A program made the position numbers and the translations under genes. Below are positions 26,762 through 34,839 of a stretch of 64,000 nucleotides of DNA, piece after piece. A model generated the notes under the pieces. It worked only from the letters and a program-made list of their open reading frames with translations. It searched no databases and was not told where the DNA came from. Origin of the DNA: a bacterium (GTDB taxonomy: Bacteria > Chloroflexota > Dormibacteria > Aeolococcales > Bog-877); contig JAJYWQ010000044.1 in assembly GCA_021791415.1 (NCBI GenBank), forward strand, positions 12,401-76,400, written 5' to 3'. Every line of letters begins with the position of its first letter. Position 1 is the first letter of the stretch.

Positions 26762-29386
26762 CTAGCTCCTCCGGCCAGGAGCTCCGGGCACCTGAGGCGG
26801 CTGCCAGGGGCGCCCCAGCTCGTCCACCAGAAGGGCGATCAGAGCCGACCACCCGGTCTGGTGCGAAGCCCCCTGGCCGCTGCCGTCCTCGGCGTGGAAG
26901 TACTCGTGGAAGAGCAGGCAATCCCGCCAGGTGGGATCGTCCTGGAACTTGGAGTACCCGCCAAAGACGGGACGGCGCCCGTCCGCGCCGCGGCGCAGGA
27001 TGGAGACCGTGCGCCCCGCCAGCCGGTCGGCCACCTCAGTCAGGTTCAGGGCAGGGCCACCCGGGGCGGGGAACTCGTGGGTGAAGCCGGCGCCCAGGCC
27101 GACCCCCAGGAGGCGCAGCGCCTGGATCAGCAGGTATCCCGTGGGCAGCCAGATCGGTCCCCGCCAGTTGGAGTTGCCACCCATGATCCGCTCCTCCGCC
27201 GGCCCAGGCTCGTAGCGGACAGCAGGCATATCGGGGACCAGTTGGGACTGGAAGGGCTCGCGCAGGTGAGCCTTGGACAGGGACCGCAGCCCGAAGTCCG
27301 AGAGGAACTCCGAGGGGCTCAGGAGCCGGTCCAGGAGGCGGTGGAGCCTCTCCGGGCCGAGCAGGGAGAGGACCGCGTAGGGATCGTCCCCGGCCGCCCG
27401 GTAATGGAAGGCGCGCTGCTCCTGGTGGGCAGTCAGCTGGCGCTCCAGCCGAGGCAGGCGGTCTAGGGTGTGCTGGTGCACAACCTCGGTGGCCGCCAGC
27501 GGCAGCAGGCCCACCAGGCTGCGAACTCGTAGCACCTCGCTGCGGCCGTCGGCCAGCCTGAGCCGGTCGTAGTAGAAGCCTTCGGTCTCGTCCCAGAGCC
27601 CGGGCTGGCCGTCGTCGCCGTTGAGCGCCTGGGCGATGTGGGCGAAATGGTTGAAGAAGCGGATGGCCATGTCTTCGTACTGCGGCTCCTCCACTGCCAG
27701 CTCGGCGGCGATCCGGAACATCTTCACCGCGAACATCCCCACCCAGGCGGTGGCGTCCGCTTCCCAAATCTCCGCCCCAGAAGGGAGGTGGCTACGGTCC
27801 ACCGCGGAGATGTTGTCCAGGCCAAGAAACCCGCCGGCGAAGATGTCGTGGGCGCTGACATCCCGACGGTTCACCCACCAGCCGTAGTTGAACAAAAGGG
27901 CCAGGAACGCCCGCTCCAAGAACCCCCGGTCGGGCCGGCCGGTGCGGTTGCGCTCGCGGACGTAGATCTGCCACACCGCGGCGGCGTGCACCGGCGGGTT
28001 GGAGTCGGAGAAGCTCCACTCGTAGGCGGGAAGCTGTCCATCCTCCCGCGTGTAGTCGGGCCGCAGCAGCAGCATCACCTGGCGCTTGGCCAGCTCGGGA
28101 TCGAATGGCTGCAGCGCCAGAGCATGGAAGGCCAGATCCCAGGAGGCGAACCAGGGGTACTCCCAGCTGTCCGGCATGACGACCACGTCCGCCGCCCGCA
28201 AGCCCCGCCAACCGGAGTTCCGGCCCTCGAGGCGTGAAGCTGGGGGCGGAGGCTGGGCAGGGTCTCCGTCCAGCCACCGGCCCACGTCGTACTCGTAGTA
28301 CTGCTGGGTCCATATCAGCCCGGCCAGCCCCTGTCGGAGGATCAGCCGGTCGTCGTCGTCGCAGCCCTGGGGGGCAGCGCGGAGGTGATAGGCGGTGGCC
28401 GCAGCCCGCCGGCGCTCGCACACTCCGTCGACCATCGTGGACGAGAGCCCCTCCAGGTCTCCCCAGACCCAGCGCACCACCCGGCTCTCCCCTGCTCCCA
28501 GCTCGAGGACGAACTGGGCGGCGGCCCGGGTCCCCACCATGGCGGGATTGCACAGGCTGGGCTCCTGACGCACCACCGCATCCCCTATGGCCCCCTTGGG
28601 GTACAGCGTGGTGGCCGGAGCCCCGAAGAGCTGGGCCACGTCGGTCTCGTTGTCGCAGAAGAGGAAGGTTGCGCCGGGGTCGACGGCCAGCCGATAGCCC
28701 GGGAAGTCGGGGTGATCGAGGGTGACAACGCCGCCCCGCAGGGCTAGCTTCGGCGGGGGCGTCCCGGACCATGACCAGGTGTTGCGCAGCCACACCTGGG
28801 AGAGCAGGTGGAGCCGCGCCGGCGCCGAGCTGCGGTTGCTGACGGTCACCCGGCAGCAGACCACGGTGGGTGAGTCCTGGGCGTACTCGACCTGCACGTC
28901 GAAGTAGCGGCCATCCTCGAAGAAGCCCAGGTCCAGGAGCTTCAGCTCCGGACCGGGCTGCCGATTGCGTACCCGGAGCTCTTGATAGGGGAAGGCCGCC
29001 ATCGGGTAGCGGTAGACAGCGGCGAGGTAGCTGGAGTCCGGCAGGGCGTCCAGGTAGTGCCAGTACTCCTTGACGTCCTCACCGTGGTTGCCCTCGGCGT
29101 TGGTGAGGCCGAAAAGCCTCTCCTTGAGGATCTCGTCTACCCCGTTCCACAGACCCAGCCCCAGGCACACCGTCTGCCGGCGATCGGAGATGCCCAGCAG
29201 CCCGTCCTCCCCCCATCGGTACGCCCTAAGGCGGCTGTGCTCGAAGGGGAAGTAGGCCCAGGCGTCCCCATCCTCGCTGTAGTCCTCCCGGACCGTGCCC
29301 CACTGGCGGAGGGAGAGGTAGGGTCCCCAGGGCCTCCCGGGATCCTCCGGCGATGCGTCTTGGTGCGGGGGGAGGTCGGGGGGCAC
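26762..29386 (-). CDS. GH63-family glycoside hydrolase (glucosylglycerate/mannosylglycerate hydrolase-like)
   Basis: WGPYLSLRQWGTVREDYS...YRWGEDG N-terminus and VVVMPDSWEYPWFASWDLAFH catalytic-domain motif. Confidence 0.75.
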   Translation of the reverse strand: MPPDLPPHQDASPEDPGRPWGPYLSLRQWGTVREDYSEDGDAWAYFPFEHSRLRAYRWGEDGLLGISDRRQTVCLGLGLWNGVDEILKERLFGLTNAEGNHGEDVKEYWHYLDALPDSSYLAAVYRYPMAAFPYQELRVRNRQPGPELKLLDLGFFEDGRYFDVQVEYAQDSPTVVCCRVTVSNRSSAPARLHLLSQVWLRNTWSWSGTPPPKLALRGGVVTLDHPDFPGYRLAVDPGATFLFCDNETDVAQLFGAPATTLYPKGAIGDAVVRQEPSLCNPAMVGTRAAAQFVLELGAGESRVVRWVWGDLEGLSSTMVDGVCERRRAAATAYHLRAAPQGCDDDDRLILRQGLAGLIWTQQYYEYDVGRWLDGDPAQPPPPASRLEGRNSGWRGLRAADVVVMPDSWEYPWFASWDLAFHALALQPFDPELAKRQVMLLLRPDYTREDGQLPAYEWSFSDSNPPVHAAAVWQIYVRERNRTGRPDRGFLERAFLALLFNYGWWVNRRDVSAHDIFAGGFLGLDNISAVDRSHLPSGAEIWEADATAWVGMFAVKMFRIAAELAVEEPQYEDMAIRFFNHFAHIAQALNGDDGQPGLWDETEGFYYDRLRLADGRSEVLRVRSLVGLLPLAATEVVHQHTLDRLPRLERQLTAHQEQRAFHYRAAGDDPYAVLSLLGPERLHRLLDRLLSPSEFLSDFGLRSLSKAHLREPFQSQLVPDMPAVRYEPGPAEERIMGGNSNWRGPIWLPTGYLLIQALRLLGVGLGAGFTHEFPAPGGPALNLTEVADRLAGRTVSILRRGADGRRPVFGGYSKFQDDPTWRDCLLFHEYFHAEDGSGQGASHQTGWSALIALLVDELGRPWQPPQVPGAPGRRS

Positions 29387-29398
29387 CGGGAGATTCTC

Positions 29399-29653
29399 TC
29401 AGCCGGAGGGTGTCCCGGGCCCTTGCTCGTCCCGGCGTGCCCTGCGGCCCGGGGTGCCGTCCAGGGTGAGGGCCAGCGCCGGGCATGCCCCCACGCTGCG
29501 ACGAACCCGCCGCCCAAGGTCATGTGGCAGTGGGTCGGGGGAGATGATCGGGTAGCCGAAGTCGTCCAGGGTCACGAGCTCAGGCAGCATCTCGGCGCAA
29601 AGCCGGTGGCCCACGCAGAGGGTGGGATCCACGTGCAGATAATGGCGGCTCAC
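29399..29653 (-). CDS. Small [3Fe-4S]/[4Fe-4S] ferredoxin
   Basis: VDPTLCVGHRLCAEMLPELVTLDDFGYP. GTGA overlap with the NuoF-like stop. Confidence 0.6.
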   Translation of the reverse strand: MSRHYLHVDPTLCVGHRLCAEMLPELVTLDDFGYPIISPDPLPHDLGRRVRRSVGACPALALTLDGTPGRRARRDEQGPGTPSG

Positions 29654-30948
29654 CGCGGATGCGCTACGGGCGGCAGCGGCAGCGACGACTGCCGGTGGCC
29701 CCCGCAAGCTCCCTTCCGGTGGCGCTGCAGCTCCTCTGGGAAGGCCACCGCCGCCGAGCGGGCGAGGTTCACCGCACCGTCCGGGTGGCGGCAGGCACCT
29801 CTTCCCTCGATCTGGTCGCCCCACCGTTGCAGCTGCGCCAGCGCCTCTACAGACCCGTTGTCGGCCACCTCGTTCAGCGCCGAGGCCATGGCCGGAAGAC
29901 CGAAGGCACACGGCCCACACTGGCGGGCTCCCTGCGCCGCCAGCCAGGCCAGGACCCGCCCTGACTCCCGCAGCCCGCACGTACCCCGGGGAAGGAGGTG
30001 GAGGACCCCGGCACCGGGAGTCGCCCCGGCCGGACGGAGGCTCGCCCGGGACAGAGCGAGGCCCTGGACCTCCGGCGCTCTGAGCCAGGAGCCGAAGTAG
30101 CCGCCCACCAGCAGCGCGACCGCCTCCGGGTCGGCACCGGCCACCTGGAGGATTTGCGGAAGCGGGGTGCCGATGGGCACCTCGTAGACCCCGGGCCCCT
30201 CCACCGCACCGCTGAGGGTTACGAGCATGGTGCCGGGCTCATCGGCGAGCCCTAACCCCCGGAACCAATCCGGGCCGAGCCGGAGCACCAAGCCGAGGTG
30301 GGCGAGGGTCTCGACGTTCTGCACCAGGGTGGGCTGCCCCCGCCAGCCCCGGTCGACCACCCGGGGCGGCTGGTACCGGGGGAGGGCTGGCCCGCCCTCC
30401 AGCCAGCGAATCAGAGCGGACTCCTCGCCGCCCACGAAGTTCGCCGGCCCGCGCACCACGTCGACTGGGAGAGTGAGGTCCTGGCGCTCTCGCATAGCCG
30501 TCCGCACCGCGGCCAGCGCCGGAGCTGAGTGGGCGACCAGGAAGGCCTGCCGGGCTCCGAGGATCCTGGTGACCGCCAGCAACCCGTCCAGGACCAGATG
30601 CGGCCGGAGGCGGAGGAGAAGATCATCCTTGCCCGCCACCGGTTCGGTCTCCGACCCGTTCACCACTACCACAGATCCCGGTCCATGGCGGCGCACGGCG
30701 GCCAGCTTGTCAGAGGTCGGGTAACCGCCCCCTCCCCGTCCGCGCAGCCCGGAGCGCCGCAACCGATCGAGGAGCTGATCGGGCCCCGCCCTTCCCGTCC
30801 AGTCGGTGATGTCTCCCCCCAGCCTGCTCACGTGGTGGACCAGCGGCTCAGCCCCGCCCAGCCTGGATCCGGCCAGGAGGCGCTTGGTCCACGGGCCGCT
30901 CCGGGGCAGATCGAGGTCCAACTCCGCCGCCGTGGCCAGCAGGCTCAC
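29650..30948 (-). CDS. NuoF (complex I 51 kDa subunit)-like NAD(H)-binding Fe-S flavoprotein, stand-alone
   Basis: GRGGGGYPT nucleotide-binding motif. C-terminal CGPCAFG...C 4Fe-4S motif. ATGA overlap with the upstream gene. Confidence 0.65.
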   Translation of the reverse strand: MSLLATAAELDLDLPRSGPWTKRLLAGSRLGGAEPLVHHVSRLGGDITDWTGRAGPDQLLDRLRRSGLRGRGGGGYPTSDKLAAVRRHGPGSVVVVNGSETEPVAGKDDLLLRLRPHLVLDGLLAVTRILGARQAFLVAHSAPALAAVRTAMRERQDLTLPVDVVRGPANFVGGEESALIRWLEGGPALPRYQPPRVVDRGWRGQPTLVQNVETLAHLGLVLRLGPDWFRGLGLADEPGTMLVTLSGAVEGPGVYEVPIGTPLPQILQVAGADPEAVALLVGGYFGSWLRAPEVQGLALSRASLRPAGATPGAGVLHLLPRGTCGLRESGRVLAWLAAQGARQCGPCAFGLPAMASALNEVADNGSVEALAQLQRWGDQIEGRGACRHPDGAVNLARSAAVAFPEELQRHRKGACGGHRQSSLPLPPVAHPR

Positions 30949-32057
30949 GAGTCCTGGCCTCCGTCCCCGCCGGCTGGGCCGGCGGCGACACTGCCCAAGT
31001 ACAGCAGCCCCGAGACCGAGGAGGCGGGCACCGGGCCGTTCATCGTCAGCTCGGCCGGCATTGCGGCACCTCCACGGGGGGCGAGCCTGAAGATCAGGGA
31101 GCCCGGCCCAACCGACACGACCGCGCCCGTGTAGATCTGCGACCCCGTGGCCGGCCGGTAGGTGACAGCGCCCCGGTCAACCGCGAGGGATCCGCCCGGG
31201 AGCTGATTGGCGACCAGAGAGACCATCAGCTGGCCTCCGGCTCCCCCCTGCACCCTGCCGGAGATGCTGATCGTCTCCACCTGGCCACTCGGGGAGGAGG
31301 TCGCCGAGCCCAGGAAGCTGGCAGTGAATGGAGCCAGGGCGGGCGGCCTTCCCCGGGCTCCGGCGGCGGTGGGCGCTCCCGAGGCAAGTGCGGTGGTGGG
31401 AGTCCCCGCTCGACGGGCCCAGCCGCTCTGCAACGGCCCGGCCGCCGACCAGACCAGGACGGCCATGGGAGTGGCCGCGGCGGCCGCCATGAGAAGGACC
31501 CGCACTCCAGCACGGTACCGGTTGGCCCGGCCAACTCGGAAGATAACGGTCGCCGCCACCAGTCCCACGCACCCCACCTCGAACCCGAAGACCCAGGTGA
31601 GCCTGGTGTCAGTACCGGTGCCGAGGGAATGGAGGACGGCAACGGGCCAGGAGAGATAGGTCAGCCAGTGGATCACCCGCCACCAACGGAGCCGCAGGTG
31701 GGATCGCAGGAGGCTGGTGACCACCACAGCGGCAATGAGGTCCAGGCTCAGGCTGCCGAGCCCCAGCCAGAACGGCCGGTAGGGACTCACGAACGGCACC
31801 AGCGCCGCCCACCAGCCGACCGGGACGAACGGGTCCAGCTCGATGGTGACTACGTGGATGACCAGGAGCACCACCGCCAGCAGGGCAAGGTTGCGATGCA
31901 CCGCCTGGACGGCGAACCGCGGCCAGGCCCCGGGGTGCCACCCCCCCTGGATGGCGATCCCCAGGACGAGATTGGCCGTGAGCACCGCCAGCAGCACCAG
32001 CCCGCTGCCGCGGGCCAGGTACCAGAGCGTCATCGGTCCACCGAGGGCTGCGGCCAT
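30945..32057 (-). CDS. Ferric-reductase-like transmembrane haem protein (MsrQ/FRD-type, six TM with paired His) plus an extracytoplasmic C-terminal domain
   Basis: MTLWYLARGSGLVLLAVLT...HRNLALLAVVLLVIHVV...HWLTYLSWPVAVLHSL. C-terminal roughly 180 aa is Ser/Thr/Gly-rich and non-membrane. Confidence 0.5.
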   Translation of the reverse strand: MAAALGGPMTLWYLARGSGLVLLAVLTANLVLGIAIQGGWHPGAWPRFAVQAVHRNLALLAVVLLVIHVVTIELDPFVPVGWWAALVPFVSPYRPFWLGLGSLSLDLIAAVVVTSLLRSHLRLRWWRVIHWLTYLSWPVAVLHSLGTGTDTRLTWVFGFEVGCVGLVAATVIFRVGRANRYRAGVRVLLMAAAAATPMAVLVWSAAGPLQSGWARRAGTPTTALASGAPTAAGARGRPPALAPFTASFLGSATSSPSGQVETISISGRVQGGAGGQLMVSLVANQLPGGSLAVDRGAVTYRPATGSQIYTGAVVSVGPGSLIFRLAPRGGAAMPAELTMNGPVPASSVSGLLYLGSVAAGPAGGDGGQDS

Positions 32058-32059
32058 CC

Positions 32060-33040
32060 TCAGCGTCCAGCCTGGCCAGCCAGGGGTACGAGCTCCTCAC
32101 CCTGGGAGGGCCAGCCGCCGCAGTGGACGACCCGACCATCCGCGGACACCAGCCGGGCCGCGGCGCGAAACCTGGCCAGGAGAGCCTCAGCGAGCTCACC
32201 TCCGACCAGGGCTGCGGTGGACAGGGCATTGGCCCGCAGGCAGCTGTCGGCGACCACGGTGGCCGTCTGCCAGCGACCTCGGGCCGGACGCCCCGTGCGG
32301 GGATCGATCAGATGGTGCATGGACATCCCCTGACGGAGCCAGCGCCGGACTGCGGTCGAGGAGGTCGCCAGGCCGCGGGCGAAAAGGCTGACCGTCTGCC
32401 CCGGCTCGTCCTCGCCCCCCAGATGGTCGTCGGCGATCCGGACCGTCCAGCCACCGGCAGGCACCGGGCCCGAGGTGGCGATATCCCCTCCCAGGCTCAC
32501 CAGGCAGGCGGCTCCCGCGGCCGCCCCGGCCAGCGTGGCGGCGCGATCTGCGGCCCAGGCCTTGGCCGTCGCACCAAGGTCCAGCAGCAGGCCGGGGGGG
32601 CGAGTGAGGACCTGACCCTCGAGCTGTACCCGGTGCCAACCGGGAGCCGGCCCTGAGGGAGCGACAGGTGCGCTGGCGCGCTCCTGGAGCTGGGAGAAGT
32701 CGCGGTCGTACCCTGCTGCCAGGAGCGCGGCGCCGACGGTGGGGTCGAAAAGACCGCCGGTCTCTCGCGACCAGTGGAGGGCATCGGCCAGCAAGCCAGC
32801 CAGCTCGCGGCTAACAAAGATCCTGAACCGGGGATCCGAGTTGACCCGGGAGAGTTCGGAGCCCGGCTTGAACCGGCTGGCCAGGTCGTCGACCCGGGCG
32901 ATCACCCGGTCGGCCTCCGTCAACGCCGGAGCCAGCTGGTGCCCGCCGGCCACCAGGACCCGTGCCGTGGTGCCGAGCGCGGGCCGCCACGCACCGGCGA
33001 CACCGGGGATGTTGGCCAGGCGGGCCCAACCCCCGTCCAC
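32060..33040 (-). CDS. apbE: FAD:protein FMN transferase (ApbE)
   Basis: LDLGATAKAWAAD and SLGGDIA...HHLIDPRTGRP motifs. Start overlaps the upstream small ORF stop (TGAGTG). Confidence 0.75.
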   Translation of the reverse strand: MDGGWARLANIPGVAGAWRPALGTTARVLVAGGHQLAPALTEADRVIARVDDLASRFKPGSELSRVNSDPRFRIFVSRELAGLLADALHWSRETGGLFDPTVGAALLAAGYDRDFSQLQERASAPVAPSGPAPGWHRVQLEGQVLTRPPGLLLDLGATAKAWAADRAATLAGAAAGAACLVSLGGDIATSGPVPAGGWTVRIADDHLGGEDEPGQTVSLFARGLATSSTAVRRWLRQGMSMHHLIDPRTGRPARGRWQTATVVADSCLRANALSTAALVGGELAEALLARFRAAARLVSADGRVVHCGGWPSQGEELVPLAGQAGR

Positions 33041-33343
33041 TCAGGACCCGCCGGAGGTGACCACCGGCGGGGCGGTCGCCGGAGCAGGGGCGACGCCGCC
33101 ACCGGAGGTCGCTCCCCCACTTGGAGAGCCGGATGTCGCCCCTCCAGCGGAGGAGCCGGACGCCGGCGTGGAAGCCGCAGGACTGGTCACGTGGGCGCTC
33201 CGGCCCGGGATGGCGTTGGCCACGGCAGCCGCCACCGCCCCTGTCCCGGCCATGGCCGCCAGGGTGAGCCACACGGTGGCCCGCCTCACCCTGGCTTCGC
33301 CCCGGCTCCGCTCTTGCTGGCTGAAGCGAGGTGTGTATGCCAT
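33041..33343 (-). CDS. Small membrane-anchored Ser/Gly/Thr/Ala/Pro-rich protein (100 aa) with tandem SGGATSG motifs
   Basis: N-terminal anchor VWLTLAAMAGTGAVAAAVANA, then ...GSSAGGATSGSPSGGATSGGG.... High GC3. Coupled to apbE. Confidence 0.4.
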   Translation of the reverse strand: MAYTPRFSQQERSRGEARVRRATVWLTLAAMAGTGAVAAAVANAIPGRSAHVTSPAASTPASGSSAGGATSGSPSGGATSGGGVAPAPATAPPVVTSGGS

Positions 33344-33365
33344 GGGGCGATGGTGCCATTAGAAG

Positions 33366-33440
33366 CTGGGATTCGATCCCAGAGAACGCTGGGAGTATCC
33401 TGGGCCGAGTTAACGCAAGCCAGTTGCGCAACCGGCTTGC
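33366..33440. promoter_or_regulatory. Two palindromes in the divergent promoter between the ApbE operon and the Fur-family gene (±2 bp)
   Basis: CTGGGATtcgATCCCAG (about 33366-33382) and GCAAGCC-AGTTGCGCAACC-GGCTTGC (about 33415-33440, contains the 10 bp palindrome GTTGCGCAAC). Candidate -35 TTGCGC, 17 bp, then TATGAT. Confidence 0.35.
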
Positions 33441-33443
33441 TTT

Positions 33444-33884
33444 ATGTATGATGTGGCCATGGGCAGAAGGCCGAAGATCGCGGGAGCGGTTCAGGAACTT
33501 ATGGCGGCGCGGGGCCGGCACACCTGGACGCTGGAGGAACTCCGGCAGGCTCTGGCCGCCAAGGGAATCCGCGCCGACTTCTCTTCGGTGTTCCGGGCCA
33601 CCGCGCGACTGGAGACCGAAGGAGCGCTCCGCCGGGTGGAGTTGGACGATGGCCGCACTCATGTCGAGATCCAGGACGAGCACCATGACCACTTCCGGTG
33701 CGAGCTGTGCGGCGAGGTCCTGGCAGTCCCCTGCGAAGCTTCGGGGGCGGCCATGCGAGCCCTGGAGGACGCCACCGGCCTCAAGATTCATGACCATCAC
33801 CTGGTCCTGACCGGTATCTGCCAGGCCTGTCGGGGTGGGCCTTCGGTGCAGATGGTGCCGAGCGCGGCGGGTGCGGCATCGTGA
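33444..33884 (+). CDS. Fur-family metalloregulator (Zur/Nur/Fur-like)
   Basis: HTWTLEELRQAL...HHDHFRCELCGEVLAV...C...C. Possible leaderless start at the second ATG (about 33459). Confidence 0.75.
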   Translation: MYDVAMGRRPKIAGAVQELMAARGRHTWTLEELRQALAAKGIRADFSSVFRATARLETEGALRRVELDDGRTHVEIQDEHHDHFRCELCGEVLAVPCEASGAAMRALEDATGLKIHDHHLVLTGICQACRGGPSVQMVPSAAGAAS

Positions 33885-34816
33885 TCGGGGCGGTGGTCAA
33901 CCTATGGGACCCGGTGCACGTCACCGGGGTGGCGATCTTCGTGACCGCGCTGATCCTGGGCATGGTCCATGGGATCACCCCGGACGAGCACACCTGGCCG
34001 ATCACCTTCAGCTACGCCATCGGCAGCTACTCCACCAAGCGGGGCTTCCGATCGGGCCTGATCTTCTCGCTCGCCTTCACGCTGCAGCGGGCAATCGCCG
34101 CCGAGCTGGCCTACCTGGGCTTCACCCGGATCCTCACCCTGGCGGGCGCCGACTATGCGATCTACGTAGTCGTAGGGATACTCATGGCCTGGGCGGGGCT
34201 GATGATCGTCAGGCGGGGCCGGCTACCCTTCCACTTCCACCTGCACATCCCCTGGCTGCAGAAGGACGCCGCCTTGGTGCACTCGGGGCAGGAGTTCCCC
34301 ACCCCCGGCTGGGTGCAGGACCCGCGGCCCTGGATGCCCGCCGTCCATGGCTTCGTGGCCGGATGGGGCTTCGGTGCCTTCGCCATCATCATCTACACGG
34401 TGCTGGCTCCGGCGATGCCCTCGCCGTTACTGGGGTGGGTGCCAGGGGCACTCTTCGGGATCGGGACAACCATCGTCCAGGTGCTGGCCGGCGCCGCCTT
34501 CGGCCGTTACGCCTCCCGGCGCGGACTTCCTCCGGAGGCCGTCCGGCAAGTGGCCCTCACGGTCGCGGGACGGACGCTCACCTGGGGAGGGCTGGCCTTC
34601 ATCGTGGGGGGCGTCTTCGGCCTGAGCTTTCCCCAGATCGCCAACCTCAGCTTCGCAACCGGCGTCCAGGTCCACAACCTGGATCAGATCGGCATGCCGC
34701 TCTTCCTGGTGGTGTTCGCCGTGGTCGGAGTGGGCCTCACATCCCTGATCCGGGAGACCAGGTCCTGGTCTCGGAGGCAGGCGGCCCAGGTGGCTTCCGC
34801 CTCGCATCCGGCCTGA
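33881..34816 (+). CDS. Polytopic membrane protein, putative metal-cation transporter (NicO/HupE-UreJ-like)
   Basis: 8 TM. His-rich loop motifs VHGITPDEHTW and HFHLHIP. GTGA overlap with the Fur-family gene. Confidence 0.45.
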   Translation: MIGAVVNLWDPVHVTGVAIFVTALILGMVHGITPDEHTWPITFSYAIGSYSTKRGFRSGLIFSLAFTLQRAIAAELAYLGFTRILTLAGADYAIYVVVGILMAWAGLMIVRRGRLPFHFHLHIPWLQKDAALVHSGQEFPTPGWVQDPRPWMPAVHGFVAGWGFGAFAIIIYTVLAPAMPSPLLGWVPGALFGIGTTIVQVLAGAAFGRYASRRGLPPEAVRQVALTVAGRTLTWGGLAFIVGGVFGLSFPQIANLSFATGVQVHNLDQIGMPLFLVVFAVVGVGLTSLIRETRSWSRRQAAQVASASHPA

Positions 34817-34839
34817 CGGACGGGCGGGACCGCCGCCTG

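Noticed and set aside
30945-32057. Canonical FMN-bind flavinylation motif in the C-terminal domain of the ferric-reductase-like protein
   Set aside because: Only GSATSS and ASGAPT are present. Neither matches Dxx[ST]GA[ST] cleanly, so flavinylation of this protein remains a hypothesis only.
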